From an uncultured Myxococcales bacterium (GTDB taxonomy: Bacteria > Myxococcota_A > UBA9042): DNA of 64,000 bases. Shown one piece after another: positions 50,519 through 59,648 of the stretch (the first letter of the stretch is position 1; the number at the start of each line of letters is the position of its first letter). The notes under the pieces were generated by a model. It saw nothing but the letters and a program-made list of their open reading frames with translations, ran no database searches and was not told where the DNA came from. A program made the translations under genes and the position numbers. The DNA lies in NCBI GenBank assembly GCA_903840165.1, contig CAIMEY010000121.1, forward strand, positions 68,738-132,737. The letters are read 5' to 3'.

Positions 50519-52171
50519 TCAGGCCGCTACGACGTCCGTCGGCACAACAGCTTGGCCGTTGGCGCTGGGGATGGCCGCCATGGCGTGCTCGGTCAGCGCC
50601 GTGATGGTCAGGCTTGGATTGACGCCTAAGTTCGCAGGCATGACCGAGCCATCGCACACGTACAGGCCCTGGTAGCCGTAGACGCGGTGCTGGGCGTCGA
50701 CGACGCCGTGGCCCTCGGCACCAATCGCGCAACCACCGAGAATGTGTGCGGTTGTCGGGATATCCAGCAGCACTTCATTGACGGCCGACATGGGGATGCC
50801 GCCGATCTTCTTGGCGACGCGACGCGCGACTTCGTTGCCGATGGGGATGTAGGTCGGGTTGGTCGGTTGCCCGGCGGGACGCTCGGTGGTGAGGCCACGG
50901 CTAAAGGGCCACCACCACTGGCGTTTCCATCGCGCATTCAGGCTGTTATCGAGGGTCTGCATCACCAGCAGAATCACGCCTCGCCGCGCCCAGCCGAACT
51001 TCCAGCAGGTGCCGAGAAATTGCAGTGGGTGGCCAATGACGGTCGCCAACCACCTGATTCCGCGTGGTATCTTGCCGCCGCCATCGGTCAAGAGCGTGGC
51101 CAGCAGGGACAGGGCGTCGTTGCCCTCACCGTAACGGACGACTTCGATGTGGGTGTGCTCGTCAAAGAAAGCGCCGGAGGTGATGGCAACGCCTTTGCTG
51201 AAATCGATGCCGCCCGAGGCCCCCATGGCGCCACAGATGGCCTCGCTGTTGGTGCGCAGCTTGTTGCCCAAGGCGTCGGGCAAATACGCTAGTGATCCTT
51301 TGTGCTTGCAGTCCATGAGCAGAGGCAGTGTTCCCATGACGCCGCCGGCACAGACCACGTGTTTGGCGCGCAGGCGTTGACGCTTGCCGAATAGTCGCGC
51401 TAGACCGATCGACGGGCGGATTTCTACTTCATATCCATTGCTTCCCCGGGTCTCGGCCCCGCCAATGCAGTGGATGGCGATGACTTCCCGCTCCGCCGTG
51501 ACCGTGGTGCCAAGGCGCTCGGCTAGGTATAAGTAATTGCGATCTAAGGTGTTTTTTGCGCCGTGCTTGCAACCGGTCATGCACGCGCCGCATTGAATGC
51601 ACCCCGTGCGCGCTGGCCCTTTGCCGCCAAAATAGGGGTCAGGCACGGTCTTGCCATTTTCTCCAAAGAAAACGCCCACATCAGTAGCTTTAAAGGTGTG
51701 AGCGGTACCCATGTCCTGGGCGATTTCGCGCAGCACATCGTCGGCCGGGCCAAAGACCGGGTTGGCCACGGCGCCGAGCATTCGTTGAGCCTGCCGGTAG
51801 TAAGGGCTTAATTCCTTTTGCCAATCTTCGCTCAGGCCGGCCCACTGCGGGTCGCGAAAGAAGGGCTCCGGCGGAATCAACAAGGTGTTGGCATAGACGA
51901 GCGAACCGCCGCCGACGCCCGACCCAGACAAGACCAGAACATCTTTGAGCAAACTAAGGTTGAGGATGCCGACGCAGTGCAAGAGCGGCAGCCACATCGA
52001 GCCAAAGACGTTCCAGTTTGTCTTGGGGAAGTCGCTGGGCGCCCAGCGTTTTCCACGCTCGATGACCTGTACGCGGTAGCCCTTTTCGGCCAGACGCAGC
52101 GCCGAGACACTGCCGCCAAAGCCGGAGCCAATGATGAGATAGTCGCAGTCAAAGCCTTCCGAATCACTCAT
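50519..52171 (-). CDS. GMC oxidoreductase, cholesterol oxidase (ChoD)-like
   Basis: IIGSGFGGSVSALRLAEKGY, GVGGGSLVYANTL, C..CG.CM.GC..GAKNTL..NYL, TAHILGG, NLGVNPSLTI. Confidence 0.92.
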   Translation of the reverse strand: MSDSEGFDCDYLIIGSGFGGSVSALRLAEKGYRVQVIERGKRWAPSDFPKTNWNVFGSMWLPLLHCVGILNLSLLKDVLVLSGSGVGGGSLVYANTLLIPPEPFFRDPQWAGLSEDWQKELSPYYRQAQRMLGAVANPVFGPADDVLREIAQDMGTAHTFKATDVGVFFGENGKTVPDPYFGGKGPARTGCIQCGACMTGCKHGAKNTLDRNYLYLAERLGTTVTAEREVIAIHCIGGAETRGSNGYEVEIRPSIGLARLFGKRQRLRAKHVVCAGGVMGTLPLLMDCKHKGSLAYLPDALGNKLRTNSEAICGAMGASGGIDFSKGVAITSGAFFDEHTHIEVVRYGEGNDALSLLATLLTDGGGKIPRGIRWLATVIGHPLQFLGTCWKFGWARRGVILLVMQTLDNSLNARWKRQWWWPFSRGLTTERPAGQPTNPTYIPIGNEVARRVAKKIGGIPMSAVNEVLLDIPTTAHILGGCAIGAEGHGVVDAQHRVYGYQGLYVCDGSVMPANLGVNPSLTITALTEHAMAAIPSANGQAVVPTDVVAA

Positions 52172-52216
52172 ATTTTCCACCTTCTCTCAGTCGGGCTTGG
52201 CACAGCCAGGGTCCAC

Positions 52217-52275
52217 ATGCTACCGACCCGTGCCCAGATGCTACCGACCCGTGCCCAGATGCTACCGACCCGTGC
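52217..52275. repeat. 21-bp tandem repeat ATGCTACCGACCCGTGCCCAG x ~2.8
   Basis: Copies at 52217, 52238 and 52259; each carries a copy of the TAG stop of the minus-strand upstream gene. Confidence 0.9.
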
Positions 52276-52909
52276 GCTGCCCTGACAATGGCTGCAGTAG
52301 CACGAGCCCCGCCGGCCGCAGTCGCCGCGTCGTCCACAAGGCCACCGGCGCGCCGTGCAGATAGATGCCAGCCAGCCACCAGGGCACCTGGCCAAGCCCT
52401 GGATGTAAATAGTGAAAAGCGCCCGTGCTCGCCAGCAAATGCTCATACGTGCAGCCGACCAGCGCTAGCCCCGCCCCATGCAACCACAACACGCGCCGCT
52501 CCGGCTGCCGGGCCGTGCGCCACAGCCAAGTCAGCCCGTAGCCCGCCGTCAGCGCCATGGGCCACTGCGACAGCAAACCGCTTGCGCCATAAGCGCCTAA
52601 AAACCAAAGCCAACTTTGCAGCAACTGGCCCCGCGTTGGCTCTAGCGGTTGCTGGGCCACGGCAAACAAGGCCGGCCCCTGACTCTGCAAAAACATGAGC
52701 AAAGCCGCTAGGCCGAACTGAGGGCCTACCCACCAAGCCTGCGCCAAGAAATCGGCATGGGCATAGGCAAGAATCTGACATTGCACGTGAATCTGATCGA
52801 ACAGCGCGCCAAGCACCGTGCCACCCAGGAGCACGACAACCCACTGCCAAAGGGGCGGCACCCAGTGCGGGCGGAAAAACTGCAGCAATCTCCAAGCATT
52901 CTGGGGCAT
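52262..52909 (-). CDS. About 6-TM membrane protein, INSIG-like/DUF2878-like
   Basis: Internal two-fold repeat: G..FDQIHV...LAY......WW and G..YE..L...GAFHY......VPWWL..IY. Confidence 0.65.
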   Translation of the reverse strand: MPQNAWRLLQFFRPHWVPPLWQWVVVLLGGTVLGALFDQIHVQCQILAYAHADFLAQAWWVGPQFGLAALLMFLQSQGPALFAVAQQPLEPTRGQLLQSWLWFLGAYGASGLLSQWPMALTAGYGLTWLWRTARQPERRVLWLHGAGLALVGCTYEHLLASTGAFHYLHPGLGQVPWWLAGIYLHGAPVALWTTRRLRPAGLVLLQPLSGQRTGR

Positions 52910-52954
52910 TTGCCGCACCCTCCGCAGCGCCGACGCGCCCGTACCACCCGCAGT

Positions 52955-54298
52955 CTATAGGTTTTCACAGGGCTGCACGCAAGCAGCTTGCCCGTGGCAC
53001 ACCGCGGCGCACGACTGGCCAAGAGTGCGCAGCGCGGTACGCAGAGGTTCGCGGTCGCATTGCTCGGGCGCTAGCAGCCGGCAGGCGCTCCAGGCGGCCA
53101 GGGCCTGCTTCCACGCCCTTCTAGAAATTGCCTTATGGATCGTTTGGTTAGCCCCTTGTACTACACGCTTCTGGGTGCGCAAAAGACCGTCTATGCAGCG
53201 TGTTTCCTGGGGCACCAAGGTCTGGCACTGCTGCCAAGCCAAAGCCGCCTGCAGAGCGTTGCGCCGCTCCAGCGCCTGGGCCCTCCTAACCAGAGCCCCT
53301 ACCTGCAGTTGCACCAATTCCTGATACTGCGCGCTCACTTGATCGGCCAGGAGCAGGCAGCCACGATCGGCAGGTGCCAAGGCCTGGCACCGTTCGACGA
53401 AGATGCCGGCCATGCTGAAGTCTCTGCGCTCTAACGCTTTTTGCCCATTGTCGACGGCGAAATCCACACGCCCCTGCAGTACCGCCTGCCTCAGGCCATC
53501 ACACCGCACGTCATTGCGCGCCGCCAAGTCACAGCGCCACACGGCCAGCGCTGCGGCATCAAAGCGCTGTTCTTGCAAGGCGTTACGCACCGCCTCGACC
53601 TGTTCAGTCACAAAGGTATCGATGATGTGCTGTTGCAAGGCCTCGCAGGCCGGCGAAGGCCCATAGGCCAGACGGGTGCACGCTTCAATCGCCTGTTGCG
53701 CGCCGGCAAAATCATCTTGTACCAAAGCTGCTTGTGCTGTTTGCAGCAGGCGGTCTTGCTCGGCCCTGTCTGCCGCCCAGCGATCCTTGCGCGCTTGGGT
53801 GACGCGGCCATCGTCGCTGCCAACCCCATGAATCGCCAGCCAAGCATCCAGATCATCGAGGCTGCCTCGCGCGATCACAAGCAGCGCGCCGGCCTGGGCA
53901 GACGCTTGGATCGCCAGCGGCGCCTGCTGGCCCAGAACCACCTCAAGCAGCGGTTTACGATACGGAAACGTCTCGGCAGGCAGCGCTGTCAGCGGTAGCT
54001 CCGCGTGCCCCTGCGCATCGGTCACTAGGTCGAGTCGCCCGCGCTCACTGCGCACCTGCAGGGGCACCCAGGGCAAGGGTTCACACTGCGGACTCTCGGC
54101 ACATCCCAAGCACTTTTGGGTAGTTATATGCAGCCCCGCCGCATCCAGCCAGGCTTGCAGGGGCGGGCGAACCGTCAGAAGCGTGCAGGTCGGCGACAAC
54201 GGCTCGGCTGGAAACCGCACCGCGCCGCTACAGCTCATGCCCGCGACACAGCAGAATAGCGCAAGAATACCAAGCCATTGGTGCTGTAGCGTCCGCAT
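52955..54298 (-). CDS. Lipoprotein with five TPR-like helical repeats each carrying a Cys pair
   Basis: GMSC lipobox; repeats of the form AL...F..A.....C..L.P....C. Confidence 0.7.
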   Translation of the reverse strand: MRTLQHQWLGILALFCCVAGMSCSGAVRFPAEPLSPTCTLLTVRPPLQAWLDAAGLHITTQKCLGCAESPQCEPLPWVPLQVRSERGRLDLVTDAQGHAELPLTALPAETFPYRKPLLEVVLGQQAPLAIQASAQAGALLVIARGSLDDLDAWLAIHGVGSDDGRVTQARKDRWAADRAEQDRLLQTAQAALVQDDFAGAQQAIEACTRLAYGPSPACEALQQHIIDTFVTEQVEAVRNALQEQRFDAAALAVWRCDLAARNDVRCDGLRQAVLQGRVDFAVDNGQKALERRDFSMAGIFVERCQALAPADRGCLLLADQVSAQYQELVQLQVGALVRRAQALERRNALQAALAWQQCQTLVPQETRCIDGLLRTQKRVVQGANQTIHKAISRRAWKQALAAWSACRLLAPEQCDREPLRTALRTLGQSCAAVCHGQAACVQPCENL

Positions 54299-54419
54299 CT
54301 GAACTGCCTGGGAGAACCGCGCCATGGCCACAGAATTGCCGCTTTGGCCGCCGGGTGCAAACCGCGACCGGCTGTGGCAAAGTCGCCGCCTGCCGCACGC
54401 CGTGTGCGCTTGATTGCGG

Positions 54420-55925
54420 GTGAACGTGACCAATTTTCAAGAACTTGCCGCTGCTGCTGCCGTCGATCTGAGCCGAGGGGATGCCGCAGCTCAACTCGCG
54501 GCCGCATTTTCGCCTGTGGCACCGGAACGCCGACTCTATTGCAATCGGACCCTGAACTTACGCGCGATCAAGGCCATCGGCTTTGACATGGACTACACCT
54601 TGGTCCACTACCGGGTCCGCGCCTGGGAAGGCAGAGCTTACGCGCACTTGCGGCAGCGCTTGCTCGCCCAAGGCTGGCCCGTGGCCGAACTTCAGTTTGA
54701 GCCGGACCGAGTCATGCGCGGGCTGGTCATCGACAAGCAGCTTGGCAACATCGTAAAAGCCAATCGTTTTGGGTATATCAAGACGTCCATGCACGGTACG
54801 CGGCCGCTCAGCTTTGACGAGCAGCGCCTGGCCTACGCCGACACGTTGATCGACTTGGTGGACACCTCGCGCTGGGTTTTCCTCAATACGCTCTTTGAGT
54901 TGTCAGAGGGCTGCATGTACGCGCAGCTGGTCGACTTGCTCGATCACAAGCAACTATCTGAAATCTTTAGCTATGAGGCGCTTTACAAAAAGGTCCGTTT
55001 TACGCTGGACCGCGCCCACGTCGAGGGTGAGCTCAAAGCTGAAATCCTTGCAAATCCAGAGATGTATGTCGATCTGGATCCCGATCTGCCTCTGGCCCTG
55101 CTGGACCAGCGGGAGGCGGGCAAAGAGCTGCTGCTCATCACAAATAGTGAATGGAGTTACACAGATGCGATGATGCACTACGCGTTTGACCGCTACCTGC
55201 CCGCAGGGCAGACCTGGCGCGACCTGTTTGCGCTGGTGGTGGTTTCGTCGCGCAAGCCATCGTTTTTCCAGAGCAATAATGTGATGTTTGAGGTAGCTAG
55301 CCCTGAAGGCCTGCTGCGTCCCTTGGACAACCCGCCTGAACTGGGCAAGGTCTACTTTGGCGGCACGGCTGAAAAAGTACAGCAAGCGCTGGGACTTGCC
55401 GGTGATGAGGTGCTCTACGTCGGTGACCACATGCTCAGCGACGTGCACCAATCCAAGAAGCTGCTCAAGTGGCGTACGGCGCTGATTCTTCGTGAAATTG
55501 AAGACGAATTGCTGGCACTGACGCCGTGGAAGCACGCCCAGCGGCGCCTGGACGACCTCACGGAAGAAAAGGAGACACTGGAATTTGCTTTTTCGCAACT
55601 GAGGTTACAGCGGCAGCGCCATCGCTCAGGCTACGGGCCCGATAGTGGGGCGCCCAAGGACTTGCAGGAACGCATCAACCTGCTACGCGAGCGCCTCGTG
55701 CAACTCGATGGAGAGATTGCTATTTTGGTCGCAGCGGCGGGACAACTGCACAATCAGCACTGGGGGCTGATGATGCGCGCTGGCAATGACAAAAGCCTGC
55801 TGGCGCGCCAGATTGAGGGCCACGCCGACGTCTACACCGGGCGCGTGTCGAATTTCTCGCTGGAAACACCCTTTGTGTTTCTGCGGAGTTTGCGCGGTTC
55901 CCTGCCCCACGACCATACGACCTGA
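54420..55925 (+). CDS. HAD-IG 5'-nucleotidase (cN-II type)
   Basis: CNRTLNL..I..IGFDMDYTL, LITNS, RKP.FF, LYVGDH..SDV, ADVYT. Confidence 0.95.
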   Translation: MNVTNFQELAAAAAVDLSRGDAAAQLAAAFSPVAPERRLYCNRTLNLRAIKAIGFDMDYTLVHYRVRAWEGRAYAHLRQRLLAQGWPVAELQFEPDRVMRGLVIDKQLGNIVKANRFGYIKTSMHGTRPLSFDEQRLAYADTLIDLVDTSRWVFLNTLFELSEGCMYAQLVDLLDHKQLSEIFSYEALYKKVRFTLDRAHVEGELKAEILANPEMYVDLDPDLPLALLDQREAGKELLLITNSEWSYTDAMMHYAFDRYLPAGQTWRDLFALVVVSSRKPSFFQSNNVMFEVASPEGLLRPLDNPPELGKVYFGGTAEKVQQALGLAGDEVLYVGDHMLSDVHQSKKLLKWRTALILREIEDELLALTPWKHAQRRLDDLTEEKETLEFAFSQLRLQRQRHRSGYGPDSGAPKDLQERINLLRERLVQLDGEIAILVAAAGQLHNQHWGLMMRAGNDKSLLARQIEGHADVYTGRVSNFSLETPFVFLRSLRGSLPHDHTT

Positions 55926-55934
55926 GGGGCTGCC

Positions 55935-57716
55935 GTGGGCAAAAACCGCACAGCGCAAGCACAATTCGTCGTCCCTGCGCGGACTCGAAGGCGCCTCGGG
56001 CCCTGGACCGTGGCGCTGTGCACGGCGTGGCTGAGCCAAACATCTGGATTTGCAGCGGAACCTCAGCCTCCCCCGCCGCCGCCCCCAGCGAGCGATGACA
56101 TGGCCGAGCCTACCGCGAAGCCTGCGCCGTCCCTGGCCCCGGGTGCCCAGAAGACGGCTAAACCCCTGCACTTGCAGGAACAATTCCCGGCTTTGGCTGG
56201 AGATTGCGAGTCCTGGTTGCGTCAAGGGCCGGAACAGGCCGCGGTCCATTGCGCCACGGTGGCCGCGCGGCAGAATTCCGATTCGGGCAGACAGCAGGCC
56301 GCTCAAGCGCTTGAAAATACAGGTCAATTCTCCCGTGCAGGCATGATCTGGCGGGCGATGAGCGGCTCGGCCCTGGGCGAGTTGGGCAAGGCGGTCACCC
56401 GGCGGGCAAACGCGATGGCTGAAGCGGAGTTAGGCCTAGTGGCACTGGCGTCCGGTCGGGCGGCGGATGCGGTCAAGAAGTTTCGCTCAGTAACGGTCGA
56501 TGCGGCTGCGCAAACCGCTGCAGGGATTACGCATTCGGCCGGCCTCTGGCTGGCCCTGGCCTTGGCTGAACAGGCGGCACGCCATGGTCCAGAGGCGGTG
56601 GCGGCACTACGCAAGGTCTTAGAACTAGGCGGTATTCAGCAGAAGTCGCGGGCTGCATGGCTTTTGCAGCATCCGCAGGCCCTTTGGCCCATCCTGGAGC
56701 GGCAGATGGGCGACACCGACGACGAGGCGCCCATCGGCACCGCACCTCTGCCAGGCGGCAACTGGGTGATCGCGGCCGACGTGTACGCACAGAGCCATGG
56801 CAGCCACAAGTTGCGTCTGTGGTACACCGATCCTAGTGGATTTACACGGCAATCCATTACCTGGGGCAGCGGCGGTGACGACCGACCCCAAGCCTTGGCA
56901 GTGACCAAGGAAGGCATCGTTGCGATCGCCGGAGCGAGTACTTTAAATGACAAAACAAGTGGTTGGCTTGTGACCTTTGACCGGCCGGGAAATCCACTGC
57001 GCGACCAACGCGGTGCCTGCAGCCGCCTGCCGGTCCTTATCGCCCTGCCCGACGGCTCCTTGTTCGTGGCTGGACAGAGCGATGATCTGCAAGGAAATTC
57101 TACCCTTTGCTACGGTCATACAGGGGCTGGAGCGGCGCTCGTGGCGCATACCGAGCCCGAGCCCTGGCAAGCGCGGGTCGGCGTGGCAGCGATGAGCAAG
57201 AAAGGTGGCGTCATCCTTGGCGAAATTGGCGCAACCGCGGTTCCCTCGGTGCGAGCGACGCTGCGCGACAATCAGGGGCAACGCCTTTGGCAAGTGCCCT
57301 TGCCGCTGACAGAACCCCTTGCCGTGACAAGCATTTCTCAAGGGGTACTGTTCGCCAGTGCTAACGCCCGCGGTCTCGACGTAGTCGTCGTCAGCGCCGC
57401 CGGCAAGGCCAAACCGCTGCAGCACCTGAACTTGGTGCAGGCGCAGACGCCGGTGTGGCTCACTAGCGCTGGAAAGTCTACACTTTTCGCTAGTTCGAAT
57501 GCCAATGGTCAATTCGGCTGGACTGCGGTTACGGCGGCCGGCAAGCCGGGCCCGTGGCATGAACTGCCGAATCTGCCAGGCGAATCGCTCATCGCGGCCG
57601 TCCAAACCAAGCCGGGAGCCGTATTGCTCAGCAGCCTTCGGCCTATGCCCGGCAATCCCGCCAATTCACAAGAGAATCCACGGGATGCGATGTGGCGGCG
57701 CATCAAGGTGCCCTAG
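55935..57716 (+). CDS. Secreted hypothetical protein (TPR-like N-half, beta-propeller-like C-half)
   Basis: Signal peptide and Pro linker; Ala-rich helices; WGSGGDD..QAL...IAG..GWLV blade-like motif. Confidence 0.65.
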   Translation: MGKNRTAQAQFVVPARTRRRLGPWTVALCTAWLSQTSGFAAEPQPPPPPPPASDDMAEPTAKPAPSLAPGAQKTAKPLHLQEQFPALAGDCESWLRQGPEQAAVHCATVAARQNSDSGRQQAAQALENTGQFSRAGMIWRAMSGSALGELGKAVTRRANAMAEAELGLVALASGRAADAVKKFRSVTVDAAAQTAAGITHSAGLWLALALAEQAARHGPEAVAALRKVLELGGIQQKSRAAWLLQHPQALWPILERQMGDTDDEAPIGTAPLPGGNWVIAADVYAQSHGSHKLRLWYTDPSGFTRQSITWGSGGDDRPQALAVTKEGIVAIAGASTLNDKTSGWLVTFDRPGNPLRDQRGACSRLPVLIALPDGSLFVAGQSDDLQGNSTLCYGHTGAGAALVAHTEPEPWQARVGVAAMSKKGGVILGEIGATAVPSVRATLRDNQGQRLWQVPLPLTEPLAVTSISQGVLFASANARGLDVVVVSAAGKAKPLQHLNLVQAQTPVWLTSAGKSTLFASSNANGQFGWTAVTAAGKPGPWHELPNLPGESLIAAVQTKPGAVLLSSLRPMPGNPANSQENPRDAMWRRIKVP

Positions 57717-57760
57717 AGCCAATGTGGACAGCGCACGATCGCGTGAATTGCGGGGCGTAC

Positions 57761-59221
57761 TTACTCAACGTCAGCGAAATCAAGGGGATCGCGCCCCGCG
57801 AAGTACGCCTTGGTCGGCCGGTTGAACAGGGCCTTGGTCGTCAGCACCAGCAGGCCGAAGGCGACAAACAGCACGCGCACGGCATACTTGGTGATGGCGT
57901 ACATCTGGTCTTCCTTCTCTAAATCATTGACGATCTTCCAGCGCCGAGCGAAGCCATCGACCACTGCGAACTCCCGCCGCGTCGCCTTGGACAGGTCGGC
58001 GTCGCTCATCCGGTCCACGTCGCGCAGCTTGGCCTCCAGTTCGCGTTTGCGTGGCTCATAGCGCTCTGAAATCTTAGTCAATTCCTGGAAATGACGGTCG
58101 GCCGCCGCGGATTCGGACTTGCGGTTACCCTCTGAGCGTGAATCGATGTCTGACTGCCTTTGCGCTTTAGTCTCAGCCAGTTGCTTTTGCAACGTCTCGC
58201 GGGCTGTGTTCAGGCGCAGCCATTCCGGACCGTGACCGCTGCGATGGCCGTCGCGCCAGCCCCTTTCCTCCAGCTGCAAATCCGTTGTTGTTTTATCGAG
58301 TTGTACCTGAAGCGCTTTGATCTTGTCGTCGAGTTGCGGCGTGGTCAGCTCGGAAAGGCGAACCTCCGGGGTCTCGTCCTTGACGCGCTTACGAGAACTG
58401 CCTTCTTCCCTATCCAGCTCCTCAATATCCTTATGAAAATCGGTGCGCATCTGCTGCCGGGCCTGCTCGCGAATGCCTTGCAGCTCCCCGTTGAGGCGCC
58501 CCTGGATCACGTCATTGAACACCAACATTTCCACGGGGATAGCCGTCACCGACGCGAACAGAATGACCACGCCGATGCGCATGAGAATCGCCGGATTGAG
58601 CATCAGCGGCAGTTTGCGGTTCTGCACGTCGGCCGTAATCACAAAACGCTCAAAAATCACGATGATCGAGGACACCAAGAAGGCAAAAAGCACAGCCAGA
58701 ATCCAGCCGGCTGGTCCCATGGCGTTGACGAAAACCCAGCGAAAGCCGAGGATCCAGGCCAGCATATCTATGCAGAATTGCACGAACATCAGCATGGCCG
58801 CAAAGCCGACCTGCGCCTGAACCGTGCGCGGCATGGGGCCGTGTTCGTCCAGAATCAGCAGGCGAATGATCCCGTACAACCAGGTCTGGGCGTAGAGGTC
58901 CATGTACGGTGCAACTTGGCGTCGCACATGGGGAATCTTGGGCGCTGTGGCGGCCGCGGCGTCAGACAGCTCCTGGGCTTGGCGGGCGCGGCGATTGGCC
59001 TCGATGACCGGCGATGGCTTCGGTCCAGGCGCGGTGGCGCTCGATGCGTCGAGGGGCGCAGACTCCGAGGAATCAGAAAAAATGTCTTCATTACTGGGAA
59101 GTTGCACACCCTCAGGCGGCGTCTCCTCGGGCGGTGGCACCACGCCCAGGGCGCGGGTCACCTCGTGACTGTCCGCGTCTATCGTTCGTGGATTCAGTGG
59201 CTTGACAGGCAATGTGGCCAT
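57761..59221 (-). CDS. DUF4407-like membrane/coiled-coil protein
   Basis: 3 TM with FERFV and R......A...AIPVEM.VF, long coiled coil with G..SG.GP, C-terminal TM; AGGAG RBS. Confidence 0.75.
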   Translation of the reverse strand: MATLPVKPLNPRTIDADSHEVTRALGVVPPPEETPPEGVQLPSNEDIFSDSSESAPLDASSATAPGPKPSPVIEANRRARQAQELSDAAAATAPKIPHVRRQVAPYMDLYAQTWLYGIIRLLILDEHGPMPRTVQAQVGFAAMLMFVQFCIDMLAWILGFRWVFVNAMGPAGWILAVLFAFLVSSIIVIFERFVITADVQNRKLPLMLNPAILMRIGVVILFASVTAIPVEMLVFNDVIQGRLNGELQGIREQARQQMRTDFHKDIEELDREEGSSRKRVKDETPEVRLSELTTPQLDDKIKALQVQLDKTTTDLQLEERGWRDGHRSGHGPEWLRLNTARETLQKQLAETKAQRQSDIDSRSEGNRKSESAAADRHFQELTKISERYEPRKRELEAKLRDVDRMSDADLSKATRREFAVVDGFARRWKIVNDLEKEDQMYAITKYAVRVLFVAFGLLVLTTKALFNRPTKAYFAGRDPLDFADVE

Positions 59222-59648
59222 AGAACTCCTGAGGCAAAGCACCGGCTGCCAGGGGCCAGGATCTGCTGTTGTCGCCGGTTGCCGGGGTCAAGCGCGACGC
59301 AATTCCTTGGCGGGGAACCCATTTTTCTGCAACACCGATCGGCAGTCCGCTGTTCCCGGGTGCGGCGCGATCATCGCGGGCGTCAACTGGCGATCCGCAG
59401 CGGCGGCACCAGTCTGGCAAAGGGGCGAAAGTATAGGGATGCCGCGGCGGCCTGTCTATGAATTTCAGGACAATGCAGCAACCATTTGAAAAGCAAGCAT
59501 AAATTGCATCCGGGCGCGGTCAAGGGGAACTGCATAGAAGAGTTCGAAAATTCTCAGTGCTTGACCTAGATCAAGAGCAAGATTACGCTGGATCAACGGC
59601 TTGTTCGGGGGAAGGATGGGGCCGCAGCCACCCACAATGGGGGAGCCA

